From contig JAPEUD010000017.1 in NCBI GenBank assembly GCA_026026165.1, positions 186,001-250,000 on the forward strand: a stretch of 64,000 bases of DNA, written 5' to 3'. Of this stretch, positions 43,899-57,200 are shown one piece after another. A program made the position numbers and the translations under genes. Each line of letters begins with the position of its first letter. The first letter of the stretch is position 1. The notes below the pieces were generated by a model. That model worked only from the letters and a program-made list of their open reading frames with translations, was not told the DNA's origin and did no database searches. Source of the stretch: Sarea resinae. Lineage: Eukaryota.

Positions 43899-46281
43899 CT
43901 AGTTATTTCCAGACCCTGAAAGCCTGACTGGACTCCCTGTGATACCTTCCGTCGGCCTGTCCCAGGTGCGAACATGACCTGAGCGTCCGCTGTCAGCGTG
44001 TGCTATGTTACTGAGGAGGGCATATCCTGACGCCCTATGCAACGGGCCGAACATTACAATTAAACTCACCTTCAGTACAAGAAGTGATGATGCAGTCTGG
44101 GCCAAAGCCAACCCAAGAGAGAGGATGACTGTCCACGGACTTTGACTGAAAGACCACCACGTTAGTCTGCGTTATGATATGAGGACCATAAATTCTCACC
44201 AGAACGGGCGGTAGCGTTGCCGTCCGAGCCCGCGGCTCCACAGGATGTCGGATTGTTCCGCCATCAGTGGTAGATGTGAGATTGGAATTGGATCGCCATC
44301 GAGTCGTTTGCTGACTTTCTCGTCTGCCTACAGGGGGAAAGGGCAGGTGAGATGAAATGCTCTCGCGTTGTCGGACAGACCCCTGGAAAATATACCTTGG
44401 TTAATGGAATCTCACCCAATGACCCGCTTCGCATGGACAGATGCCTTGCGAGGGAAGGTCTGATTATTTGCTTGGTGGGGGAACAGCTTACTGCCTTTGG
44501 GCGATGAAGCATGCCTTCATTAAAATCCCATAGGAGGAGTCGACAATCTTCACCCACACTCCCAAAACGATATGTCCGGTCATCACATCTCCACGGATCA
44601 AACGCTACAGCTGTGACCCATGAATTGTGTCCCTGGCAACGAGCAATGATACGGCTTTCATTGAGGGACCATATCGAGACCAAGTCGTCTTGTCCTCCAG
44701 TCAACAGATATTTTCCGTCGGGGGACCAGCAAACGCATATCAAACCCCCGTAGTAGCTTGTGCATAAATCGAGAAGACTATGACTGTGAGTATTTGGATT
44801 AAGACAAAGACGATTCAAGCTCACACTTCTCTAACATAGTCAATAATACGTAGTGAGCCGTCCTCCGATACCACGGCCAGATGTATGCCATCAGGTGAGA
44901 ATGCGAAATCATTGATCTGCTGATTTGATAGTTTCCAGCAAGCGACGGGATTCGTTTTCTGAAATCTCGACTTCACAGATTTTACGATGTGCAAAGCAGT
45001 CTCGGAGCCGATGTCACTATTCAATTTGCCCATCTCGCTGGGAGAAAGTTCAGCATCGTCTTTTTCCTTGTCGTAGACAATTAGGCTGCCATCCAAGTGG
45101 GCAGCGAGGAATAGATTTTCCGAGCCAGGTATCCATCGTATACCGGAGATTGGTGCGGGATTGATAGTTCCCTAGAGCCCTGGTGTTAATATGGAGGAGG
45201 AACAATGTTGGACAAAACGGGCAATGATACCTACATTCTTGTTTAGACGGGCGTATTTCTGTGACATTGGCTCGTACCATATGATATCAGCGGAAGAAAA
45301 GCCTATTATTATGTCTAAATGACTCGACGTCTTGGTAACATCGTTCACATCGTGACATAACGGGTGAGCTTTAGTAAATAGAATTTTTGTAAGTTGCTCA
45401 GCCTGATCATGTGTGAGCTCCTTCGCATCAAATATAGAGGCAAGAAAACCCATACCTTCTGTGGCGAAGAAAGGTCGAGCCATTGAAAGGCACGATTAAT
45501 GTTGATAAAGGCCATCAGTCCATCGGGATGTCGATCCTGCAGTCTTTTGACAATGGCTTCGTGTGGCACAACACGCGAGATGAACGAGGAATTGCTCTTG
45601 ATTATATTACCCTTCGGCTTCCGTCGCTTGAGAACATCTTTACTACCACTTGAGGCCAGCAGAGGATTGTTCTCCCCAAAGCCTTGCGCAATTGCCTTTC
45701 TCTTCTGTTTTATGCTGTCCAATGTATTCGATTCCTCGCCACCGTTGACATCATCCTCTGGGAGCCTCGATTCGGATGTGATCTCCTTTATACTGTAGGT
45801 TCGGCCAATGCTCGACCTCGTGCTAGCTGATGTACTGGCTCTCTGAGGCTGAGGAGTGAATTTGAGAGGAGTGAGTGTTATCAAAGATAACTTGACTCCC
45901 GCGGTAGGGGGGGCTGGTGTAGTGGCCAATGGGTTTGGATTCTGTATCGGAGCTTCAGATGGGTGCGGAGGAGGAGTTGCCAACTGCACCTCATCTCTGA
46001 GGACGTAAGTGCCTAGCAGAGCAATGTTAGAGCTTGTTCATTGGGCAGAGTCTGTCAAGATTTACCTTCTCCAACGACAAGCTGGTGCTCGTTACCAGTT
46101 GGGCGATTCAATGTATTGCTGGTTTCAATGATGGCAGGAACAGTGCCATTCGCGTAGGTGCCGTAGGAAGTGACAGGGTATCTTGGTGGAGGAGGAAGAA
46201 TGCTATGAGGAAAGAAGAAAGCTTAGCAGCTGGCGGCATGAGGTCTATTTGACCGGCCGTGAGAAAGACGACTTACAACAT
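43899..46281 (-). CDS. creC: WD40 protein CreC (partner of the CreB deubiquitinase, carbon catabolite repression)
   Basis: MF^[94 protein letters not shown]. The first coding exon is only ATGTT (46281-46277). Confidence 0.95.
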
Positions 46282-47283
46282 GCTGACCCATCTTAAGGCC
46301 TACGCGGCCGGAGGGAGCTTTTCGACGAAGCTCGATTTCGAAAGACGCTGGCTGCTAATGCTATATAGTAACTCAATAGCTATATATATATAGATTTATA
46401 TATATACTTAGAGCTGGAAGACGACTGCGCTATCGCGAGATAAGACGCTCAAGGCTGATAGATTTTCCGATACGTGGGGTATCTTCCATGCAACAGGAAA
46501 TGCCGGAAAGACAACGATGGGCATTGAATCGACGACGATAAAAGAAAGGCAAGTCGTCCCAATAGAAACAAGAAGAGAAGGAGATGATGAGATGATAGCA
46601 ACTGTGCTGGGCGCCGTAAGGTGCAATGGAAACCAGAACGTAGAGTGAGGACGGGAAGTTGAAGAGAGCGAGCGAGGGAGCCCAAGAGCCCTGGAGGTAT
46701 CCATCCATGCAGCCTTGTCAGGGACTAATTGATACTGTACCCGAGACAAGTAGTCTCTACCTCGAGCGCAGTGGCGCCGGTAGCGTGCATAGAAGTACCC
46801 ATACCACATGCGATGATGTGTCTGGGGAAGATCGTGCTGTTCCCTGTATGAAGGTACATGGCGGTACACTCCTGAAGAGTACTCTTCTCTACTCAACTCG
46901 ACTCTGCTAAAGCACGACGATCTACAGAGATATGGGCTGATTGTCGGCTTCAACTGGATAAGGTAGGACCTTGCAGTACAGCAGACATTGCGCTGAAGGA
47001 GGGCATCACCACCGTGACTGCCCTGACCGACGACGTTCCTTTTCTTCCTGCTGCCTGCAACCATTGAGATCCGGCAACTCGTCGAGTATCCGGTCTGGAT
47101 GCGCAGACAATAGGGTACGTCCATAGTAGACTCCCAGCATCTAAAAGGTCAATCTCATCACCTCGATTCGCCAGACCGCGTCCCGAATTCAGATAGAAAC
47201 GCATCTGGTGCGACCAGACGCGACCTAGGGGACTTCATCAACCATACGCCCTATAGCACATCGCATTAGGATGCGCTGCGGCC

Positions 47284-49480
47284 ATGGCAGCAGGTATGTA
47301 CTCCCATGCCTCCCGCGACTCCCGTGCTAACTTTTCCGCCCTCTTGTAGTGCGCATATGTGTCTGCGGTGATGAAGCCACCGGGAAATCTAGCCTTGTCA
47401 CTTCCCTCGTCAAAGGAGTGTTCGTGACGACCAGGATCCAGTCGGTTCTGCCCCAGATTACCATCCCGCCGAGCATCGGAACGCCCGAGAACGTGACAAC
47501 AACAATCGTCGACACGTCCGCCCTTCCGCAAGAGCGGCATACTTTGCGCAAAGAGATTCGAAAGTCGAACGTTATACTTCTGGTCTACTCGGACCATTAT
47601 AGCTATGAGCGCGTAGCGCTGTTCTGGATGCCATATTTCCGGTCCCTAGGCGTCAATGTTCCAGTCGTGCTATGTGCCAACAAGGCAGACTTGGCTGCCA
47701 ATGGAAGCACGGCGCAAGTCGTAGAGGATGAGATGCTCCCGGTAATGGCGGAGTTCAAAGAGATTGACTCCTGCATACGAACGAGTGCAAAGGAGCATCA
47801 CAATATAAACGAAGTCTTCTTCCTTTGCCAGAAGGCGGTGACCCATCCGATCGCGCCGCTATTCGACTCTAAAGAATCCAACTTGAAGCCGGCTACAATT
47901 CTAGCACTACAGCGGATATTCTACTTGTCCGATAAAGATCAGGATGGCTATTTAAGTGACCAGGAAATCCACGAATTTCAAGACAAGTGCTTTGGAAAAT
48001 CACTATCCGATGACGACCTAGAGAACATCAAGCAGTCCATTCGCAAATATTTTCCCGATTCAGCGACCGACAAAGGTGTGAATGAGAAAGGATTTATTCT
48101 GCTCTGTAAGATGTTCGCGGAGAAAGGCCGTCATGAAACAATTTGGATCATCCTTCGAAAATTTCACTATACTGACAGCCTCAGTTTGAAAGATAGCTAT
48201 TTACATCCTAAGTAAGCTTCCAGCGCCGCGTATATATCTTGCTCTAATCCAATTATCTAGATTCGAAGTTCCACAGTACTCGTCGGCAGAGCTAAGTCCC
48301 GCCGGCTATCGATTTTTTGTTGATCGTTTTCTTCTCTTCGATAAGGATAATGATGGCGGTCTCAATGATGCAGAACTTGCTGCTTTATTCGCTCCTGCTC
48401 CCGGATTGCCACCTTCATGGGTGGAGTCTTCGTTTCCATCATCTACCGTTCGTAACGAGGGCGGACATATCACCCTTCAAGGATGGTTGGCACAGTGGAG
48501 TATGACAACATTCGCCGAGCCGAAGACCACTCTTGAATACCTTGCATATCTTGGCTTTGAGACACCCGAGCGGGGAGGGACGACTGCAGCACTGAAGGTG
48601 ACGAAGCCGCGGAAGAGAAGAAAGCGGCCCGGCCGAGTTGAGCGAAACGTCGTCTTGTGCTATGTCTTGGGTGCTAGTCACAGTGGGAAGGTGAGGACAT
48701 GAATGCCATGTATTTGCTCGTATGATGCTGACTTCCTTCAGAGCTCCCTTCTCGATGCCTTTCTGAATCGGACTTTCAGCCAAGTCTACCATCCCACAAT
48801 AAAACCCCGGACGGCCGTCAACAGTGTAGAGCTCCAAGGGGGAAGGCAGTGCTATCTGATTGTATGCCATTCGAATTCCAGCAGTAGATACAACACTGAC
48901 ATGGGATATCTAGATGGAGGAATTGGGCGAGCTCGAGCCTGCTATTCTCGAGAACCAGGCAAAACTTGACGACTGTGATATCGTTTGCTATACCTACGAT
49001 TCATCGGACCCTGACAGCTTCTCACACGTTGTCGATTTGCGAGTATGTATATCGCTGCTTCCATCGTAATGGTATGCTCATCCGCGCAGAAAAGGTTTCC
49101 GCAGCTAGAAGAGCTCCCGGCAGTGTTTGCCGCACTGAAGGCGGACCAGGACAAAACCATGCAACGTACGGAACTCCAACCCGACGACTACACCAGCAAC
49201 GAGAAGATGACGGCCCCGTTACACGTCAGCGCGACATGGAATTCTATATCGGAATTGTTTGTACATGTAAGGACAAAGCTGCACCTTTGGACTTCATGGA
49301 ATATGAATCTGACTGGCTACGCAGATCGCAGAAGCAGCGACATATCCGTCGACAGCTTTACCTAAGCTGGAGGAGGTGCCTATCGACCGTACGAATTTGT
49401 ACATTGCCCTCGGTGCTACTGTCTGCGCCGCTGCCTCTCTTTTCATCATCTGGAAGCGCACTGTAGCGGCGGCGACGTGA
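47284..49480 (+). CDS. GEM1: Mitochondrial Rho GTPase Gem1/Miro
   Basis: MAA^[17 protein letters not shown]-hands ([24 protein letters not shown]), second GTPase domain, C-terminal TM segment followed by WKR. Confidence 0.96.
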
Positions 49481-51029
49481 GATGGACGGTGGCGAGCAGA
49501 GTGTGACCAGAGATACCCCTTATCATGTAATGAGACATAGCTAGTTTGTATTGCCTGACGACTGCAATTTCGGCTCCCGTCTGTTTGTCTGCATTGTAGT
49601 CTTGAATCAGATCAGATGTGTATCGGGGTCGAGGTTGGACGAAGTAGAGGCCATAATCCACGGCATTCTGGCAGAGGTCGTACATGGGGGTGATGTCCTC
49701 CAAATAAGCCGCACATCAGAGATGTGCTTCAACGGTCTCGTTGCCAATGATACGTGAACGGATAGTGCGAGTCGAGAATGGCGAATGCCAGCCAGGTATG
49801 TGGACGGTTGTGTGACGCGTCTCATGTGCGTGGTTCTCATGTGCGTGGCAGCCGAAAACCATCCAAGTTCGAGGGACGATCGACTTGGATCTACGAATGG
49901 TCCGGCGATTTACGGTAGCAGCTACCCGGAGTTCGATATGCACAGGTTGTTGCCAGTTGGGCACGACATCACGACGTGGCAGCGACGGCAGCGATGGCAG
50001 CGGCGCTCATGGCCGTTTGTGGCGCATCTACCGCGTCAGTACATTGGTTGATCCATACCTTGGGTAAGGTAACATGATGCATGGCTGGAGCTGGAGCCGG
50101 AGCTGCACCACCACCTCATGCATATTGACGGGGCACACCGCCGCACCCAGCGTCGATTGGGTCGATGTCCAAAGCCAGCGAGACATCAATGCGTAGGACA
50201 TACCTACCTTACTACTGTGTAGTAGATAGGAGTAGAACACCCAGGGCTGGATTGAATCAATACTCAACATCAGTCAATATAACATGGTTGCTACCTCGGT
50301 CGGGGCTGCTACGGCACGCCTCCAGAGTGCGGATCCCAATATTGAGCAAAGCGCTGAATGCAAGTCGGACACGCAGCACATCATATGGAATGGATCCATA
50401 CGTAAGGTGGTCGACGGTCAATCTAAGGCGGAGAGATTGAGCCAGTTGGCAGTGAGCGAGGAAGGGGAAGGGTGTGAAGGCACTCGGTAGTGTAAGGTAG
50501 CCACCAGCAGCAAGAAGATACTCGAGTACGAAGGTAGCTGGTAGCTGGAGTAAGGTCAGGTCAGGTAGCTAACGTTGGTGGCCGGTAGGTGTCAGGTACC
50601 TTTGCGATGGATATGACCTGAACCGAAACAGACTCACCATGCGCGAACGGGGTCTCTCCCTCCCATCCGAGACTTGACAGGAACCTGTGGCGCGATGAAG
50701 ATACCAAGATAGTGGTACGAAGTGCTGTATTCATAGGTCCGAGGGTCCCTCGGTCCAACGAAAGAGAAGAAGGAAAGAAGGAAAGAAGGAAAGAAGGACG
50801 CTGGTGATGAATGGGACTCCCTTACGCCATACCGCATCCAATGGTGTTGAGATGCCACCGTGGGACTGCCAACGCAGCATGAACAGGTCAGGTAAGTCGT
50901 GATATCGTGGCTTCGGCCCTCCATCCAGTAAATGAGTGCCATAGATGATGATGATAACGATGAGAATGATGATGGTGTTGATGATGGTGTTGATAGAAAT
51001 GTCGTAGTAGTCTCGTAGATCGCAATTGT

Positions 51030-51580
51030 CCGCTTTCGCTTTCGCTTTCGCTTCCACTTCCGCTTCCACTTCCGCTCCCGCATCTATTGCCTCAAAAAGG
51101 TCCTGATCTCAATCATCACCATCATCATCATCATCAACACATGAAGCCTCTCGTCCCCGCCTCCTCTCGCTCTTCATCCGTACCTCTCTTAGATCAATTG
51201 ATTGCCGAGTGCCATCCGGCCCCAACCATCCATCTATCCTTCCTCGATCTTCCCTCTGTCACTTGCATCAATTGAGTCAATTGGCTCAATCATCACTTCA
51301 GTCGTCACTCGTTATTCATCATTCACTGGCTGCAATTCTCGATTCCCTGCACCTGCACCTGCATCTGCATCTGCATCTGCATCACTCGGCATCTGCATCA
51401 CTCGGCATTTGCACTTGCACTTGCACTTGCACTTGCACTTGCACTTGCACTTGCACTTGCACTTGCATCAACCCATCTCTGCATCTGCCCCCTCCGCTGC
51501 ATATTGGCAGTGTGTAGGACATGCAATTGCTGGATCAACCTTGCACGCATTGATCCATTGATCCATTGATCCACTGATCC
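51030..51580. repeat. Cluster of microsatellites upstream of the Tco89-like gene
   Basis: (CGCTTT/CGCTTC)n ~51030-51075, (CAT)n ~51112-51135, (CTGCAY)n ~51347-51382, (TTGCAC)x9 51409-51462, (ATTGATCC)x3-4 ~51549-51580. Confidence 0.9.
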
Positions 51581-51813
51581 ACGGAGCGCCTGGTCCATCC
51601 GTTTCCTTCAGTCATTTTCGTGTCCACAGCGTGCACTCCGCCCTCCCCTCCCCTACCCTCCCCACTCGTCCCGGCTAGAGTGTACTGGAGTAGTAGGGCG
51701 ACAAGAAACCTTCATCCCCCCCCCCCCGCCGCCAACGCTCAGGGAAGGAGGGATAACAAAACGTTCTCCCGCTTACGAACCGATCAGCGTCGAAGACAAA
51801 ACTACATAAAGAG

Positions 51814-53700
51814 ATGCCTCTTCATGACCGACCTGGCCACCGGCCAACTTTGGGTGTCAGGCATTCTTCGACCTCGTCCATCCCGAGGCGCAACAACCTG
51901 TCGCCTCTGTCCCCAACAACACCGGCGCCCTCGACTTCGCACAAGAGCACTCAGCTTCGACCGCATCGCCAGCACGTCGTCGGCCATAGTCGTGGCGGAC
52001 ATTCAAGGAATCCTTCCCTTGGCAAGAACCTCAACAAACTTACCAAATTGACCCAAGTTCATAGTGGAGATGGCCTCACGGCCGGGAGACATCACCGACG
52101 ATCCCACTCGGCCACAAGTCCACGCTTAGGACCGCTAAAGCGCATTGGATCAGATGGGTCGCTATATAAGGATCCATCTGCTGCTTCTTTGAAGCCTAGT
52201 TCGTCGACTACTTCTTTGAAGAAAGATAATTCACATGCCATTCTGAAACGGGTGGGATCAACAGGGGAGGCACTACGATCTGCGAAGAGCGAGGGAAAGC
52301 TCTCGCGCCCAACCTCGTCACATTCCAAGAAGAGCTTGGGTAACAGACGGACCAGTGTCCACTTCGATGTAGGCAGTGAAGGCCAGGACGACGCATGGAC
52401 TGAAGACAGTAATCCACAGTCTCCAGCTCTCACGCGAAAATCTTCGATTCTCTCCTCAAATGGTAAGCATCAATTGGGTGCCAATCGTTTTGTCAGTACG
52501 CCTCCACAATCACCTCGCAAGGCCGACGCGCACCCGGCATTACCAGAAACTCTCAATAAACAGCAGAACGAAGGCTACTCCGACCACTATCCGGCAAGAT
52601 CTCTCGATGCCGATGCGATAACCTCCCGCCTTCTCCACCGTCATCCTACTCATAACGCGCCGCCCCAGATGTCTACCATCTCTGCAACGGCAACATCTGC
52701 CAACCACAGCCCGCGGTCCATCAGCCACAGCCAGGGTTCGACCCTCAACAACACCCCCGGGATGGCTAGCGAGGTTGTCTCGCGCTTCATCAACACAAGC
52801 GCCAACGGCACGCCCAAAGACGGCGCATTACTCACTCTTGACGCCGGTAACACCACTTCCCAACTCAATGGCATCAATAGCGCCTTAGACGCCCACAAAC
52901 GGGCCAAATCTGCCAGCAACCTGACTTCCCCCAAATCAGTCACATCTCTGCCCTCGCGCTCTCGCCAATTGCCACCTTCCTCCAAAGATAACACCAACAA
53001 TGGCAATAACAATGTCAACAACAGTAATGCCCCTTATAGTCCACTTCACCCCTCCCGCACACAGCAGAAGCTCTGGCTTCAGCGTGCCAGCTCAAACGTC
53101 GAGCCCCAACAACTCCCCCCCAACGGCGCCGGCGGCATCGGTCATGTTCCAGCAGGCGGCCAATACCAGGAAGGCCGTGATCCCCGCCTACAGCGCCAAT
53201 TTGAGCAAGCCGCCCTCGAATACCGCGTCGTGCGCCGCTATCGCGATCCCGTCGGTGATGCCCTAACCCGCCTCACCCAGCTGCCCTCCGCAGCTCGCAA
53301 TCGGCGCATCCCCTCGGCTCGCCAACTCCAGGGACATCAGCAGTCTCACGGGAGCCAGAGCTACGGAGGCGGCGGTGAGCGCTCGGGTCTGAGCCAGAGC
53401 CTCAAGGAGACCCGCGCCGGTCGGAGCGCCGTGTCATTGAGCCGTGTGGCGCTTGATGGGAGCAGAGGTAGCAAGGACGACAGTAGCATCAATGGCCACG
53501 GCGTGAATGGTGATCGCGCTCGACGGGATTCAGACCAAGACCGAGACATCTCTCCCGAGCGGCGATCGGGTCGGCACGACCATCGTCATCTCCATCACGG
53601 CGGCGACGACGACGGCAACGACGACGCCGCAGAAGAACTCCTGCGACGTATCTGGGATCGTGTTGATTCATCGGCTATGATCGACTCGAGTGACTGCTGA
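51814..53700 (+). CDS. TORC1 subunit Tco89-like protein (disordered, single exon, 628 aa)
   Basis: Long Ser/Arg-rich ORF with SRTQQKLWLQR and EYRVVRRYRDPV, characteristic of fungal Tco89-domain proteins. Confidence 0.75.
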   Translation: MPLHDRPGHRPTLGVRHSSTSSIPRRNNLSPLSPTTPAPSTSHKSTQLRPHRQHVVGHSRGGHSRNPSLGKNLNKLTKLTQVHSGDGLTAGRHHRRSHSATSPRLGPLKRIGSDGSLYKDPSAASLKPSSSTTSLKKDNSHAILKRVGSTGEALRSAKSEGKLSRPTSSHSKKSLGNRRTSVHFDVGSEGQDDAWTEDSNPQSPALTRKSSILSSNGKHQLGANRFVSTPPQSPRKADAHPALPETLNKQQNEGYSDHYPARSLDADAITSRLLHRHPTHNAPPQMSTISATATSANHSPRSISHSQGSTLNNTPGMASEVVSRFINTSANGTPKDGALLTLDAGNTTSQLNGINSALDAHKRAKSASNLTSPKSVTSLPSRSRQLPPSSKDNTNNGNNNVNNSNAPYSPLHPSRTQQKLWLQRASSNVEPQQLPPNGAGGIGHVPAGGQYQEGRDPRLQRQFEQAALEYRVVRRYRDPVGDALTRLTQLPSAARNRRIPSARQLQGHQQSHGSQSYGGGGERSGLSQSLKETRAGRSAVSLSRVALDGSRGSKDDSSINGHGVNGDRARRDSDQDRDISPERRSGRHDHRHLHHGGDDDGNDDAAEELLRRIWDRVDSSAMIDSSDC

Positions 53701-54271
53701 GCCTGCCCTTCCATTCATGTAAATTTTGGTACGGGCATCACATTTTTCCCTTTTCTTTGGCCTGATTTGGAATGGTGCGAGGACGTGGCGTATCGGTTTA
53801 TACATTGTATTCTATATGGATGGGCAAGGCTGGTTGTGATAGAGAGTTTGGAGAGCTGGGCTATGGTACCCTACGTTAGGCTCCACCGTGCTAACTTATG
53901 CTGGGCTGATCAGCGGACTCGGCAGGTAGGATATTACAGAAGTTCTGTACATAGCTTGATATCCTACACTGTGAAAATATTTTGACAAATCACTGTTTTT
54001 TGGTGGGTTTCTCATTCTCGATGAATTTCACCTTTGGTTTTTCTGTTTCTTATCGTCTATTCTGAGCATAATGGCACAGTACAAATCCGTAAACACAGCC
54101 CCTGACGTAGAGCCAAGCCAAGCCAAGCCAGAAACTCAAGAGCGATGATAGCTACTCAAAGACATTTTATGTCAATCACGACAACCACAGAGCAATAAAA
54201 GATGATTGCGACGCCCCCCTGTTCCGACCATACTCTTTCGATACCCACCTTGATCCAGACCCCCCTTTACT

Positions 54272-57200
54272 CTAGCGGAGCGGACTTCCAAAATAGCCAC
54301 CTCCCGAAGCGCCTCCTTTCCCAGGCGTCCAGGGCCGGGATGGTCCATCATGCAAAATCGGGGGTGTTTCGCTCCCAACAGCAGCAGGTGTAGAGACAGC
54401 AGACGCGCCACCGGCAGTGCCACTCCCTCCCCGAGTAGGTGTTGCGGGCGGAGCAGGAGCAGCAGCCGCGACAACGGGGACTTTGTACCCGACCTCCCTG
54501 CCCTTCTTGTAGACCTCATTCAGCATGCGCTCTAGCACGCCGGCATCGACAAACTCCTGGTACTTCCTGTAGAGACGCATGGCCGTGCGCGCATCCTCGA
54601 TACTATCATGCGTACCCGTCTGGATTTCCTCGCGGAGCAAGAACCACGCCAGGAAGCGAAGGGACAAGCGGCGTTGGCGGGCCTTAATGAAGAACAGGTC
54701 GACCGTGTCGACGACCTGGGATTTGGGCACGTGAATGTTGATCGTGCGGAAGTCCTTGGGAAGACCGTGACCAACGAAGACGCAGCCCAGGTTCAGTAGG
54801 AGCCATAGTTTCTTGTAGGCGAGCTTCAGAGGCACGAGAGCGTGGGGCGAAGTCTTAGGATCGAGGTCTCCGGGCAGGATGCCGGAATACGCAGTGAGGT
54901 AGTCGACTACGGGTTCGGAGGTGGTGATATAGTCGTCTATGAACGGCAGACCTTCGTCTTCGCCAGATGCGCGGAGAACGGACACGCGGGCGAGACCGAG
55001 GCGCGAAGGGCGGATGGTCTCGCGGCTACCGTCCGCTTTGACTTCAATCTCTTCTTGTTGGAGGGCAACAAACTCGGCGTCGATGGCCACTTGAGTACCG
55101 GGCCCCGGAGCTTCAGTTCTAGGGTCTAGGAGGCGGTATTCTTGAAGTTTGCGTTGTTGGCTAAATGCGTTGTCAGTTTTTGCTCCGTTGACATATGCAG
55201 CGTTGGTTGTAAACGTACTTGATCGTATATTCGCTGTATAGGAGAGCGGTTTGAAGGTTGTCTTTCCACGAGTCGTCCACTACGTTACTTGCTGACTTGG
55301 CTTGAAAGGCTAGCACGGAAGGGAGCTTCCACGATGGCACAAATCTCAGAGCCTCCTCTTTCGTCACCTTACGCACGAGAAAGTCGTTGAAGAGGTGCCA
55401 TTGACTTTCCAACTGTGGCTCACGAGCCGAGAGCCCAACTGTAACATTTAGCATTCATCGGATTCGAATGAATCACGAGGAGTTCTTACCATTGATCAGA
55501 GATACAAGATGAGATTTTTGATTTTCCCCACTATTGATATCGGCTACAACTCCGATCAATTGGTAAACGGTGATGCGATGCATCCCCCTTTGCAAATGCA
55601 AATTCAAATCCTGGCCCTCGTAGCAGAAGAATTGTCCGCTTTCGACGATGATACCAATCTCTTCCGGGAGCCAGCCGGGTAAGGACCAGAGTCGCTTCGC
55701 TTCAGGGGTGTTGATGGCAGTATTGATCATAAAAACAAGCGGAATACTTTGAGTGGTCTTCCTAGTGGCCAACTGTTGATATCGTCTACATTTGTCACAC
55801 CAGCCTCGAGTCTGGCTCTCCCGCTCAACGCTTGCTTTCAGAATCTGCGAAAATGTAGGCTCGGGAGCCCGTAATTGGTTCTTGGTCGTCTGGGAAAGTC
55901 AGCCGGTGTACTAGCTCACCACAAGCCTCTCTGGATACGTACTTTGGCTGGATAGACAAGCTCATTTGCGTACGTTCCTCCGGGCCTAACAGTCTCATTG
56001 TTGCAATGGATACATCGAATGCTCGAAGCCGCTACCGTTGCGAGCGCCTATCTAAGTTAGCTAATGTCTATAAAGACTACGAGATTGTTCACCTGATCCA
56101 TTTGAACGGATTGCGGAGAAACCACTCTAAAGTCATTCGCTATTCTATCCAGAAAGAAACGATTGGCAGATTGGATCATCGAAGAAAGAGAATTATTATG
56201 TGAGCTCTCCTCGAGTAGCCCTAGAGCAGCGGCTAGAACAGCACATCAGTCAACATCATTGCTTTGAGTCACGAACAGTTTACCTTGGTGAAGACTGCTG
56301 AACGTTTTCAAGAAATTTGTTGCTTGACAATTCTGGCCATTGGCTTTATCCAGCATGTCGAACAAGAACCCCATTTCACACAATAGACATGTCTCGTAGA
56401 GACAAGTGGACGCAGCATGATGCAGAGCAAGATTCCGTAACAGAGGGGTAAACTTTAGTAATTGCAACAGCGGATTTGAATAAGAATTTGCGATGTGCGT
56501 TTCGAGACCGGAATACTTAGTTTTGTTATAGAACCTAGCTCTCGACGTTAATTGCATATAGATACTAGGAATCGATTGACTCACTCAAAGTCGAAATCAT
56601 CTACACCGAATCTACTGTACTTGATCTCCACGTTGCGGTACATGACAGGCACTTCTGCTTTGGTCGTACCCAAGAAAGTCAGATCTCCCAGGGTATCCGC
56701 CACATCGCTGATCCGGCGCCCAGAACCGGGACTATTCGGGGCTTCGCGGGCCTTTTCGCTGAGAAACTTAGGCGGCACCAGGGGAGTACTTGAATTGTCC
56801 ACGGCTCTGGTATTTTCAATTTGATTTCGCCGCTTCTTTTGAGGATTAGGGGCGTAGCCGCCGAATTCTGCCACCTTCATTGAAGCGAGTATATCTGAAT
56901 CGATCTTGACCGGTGGATTGCCAACTTCGAAAATCAAATGACTAGGCCAAGCCGATAGTAGCTGCTCGCGATAATATGGCATGCCAATGGTGTTCAGAGG
57001 TCTGGCAAATGAGGTCAGCAAGGAAAGTGGGACTCAAAAGGTTGGGAGACTTTAGGGGGCTTACACTTCAGGATTCCAATCTAGAGATGCGGAAGGGGTT
57101 GGAGGATCAGGGAATTCCGTCGGATTGCTGTACTCGGCAAAACGAATCTTGGTTCGAGAGCCCCAGAGATGGACGAAAAACTCCCCATCCGCTAGTGCCA

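Noticed and set aside
46408..47124. 238-aa ORF in the creC/GEM1 divergent promoter
   Set aside because: No motifs; runs through pyrimidine-rich leader-like sequence; probably spurious.
50634..51598. ORFs with poly-KR, poly-HL, poly-CT or poly-AS tracts
   Set aside because: Translations of hexamer microsatellites, not credible proteins.
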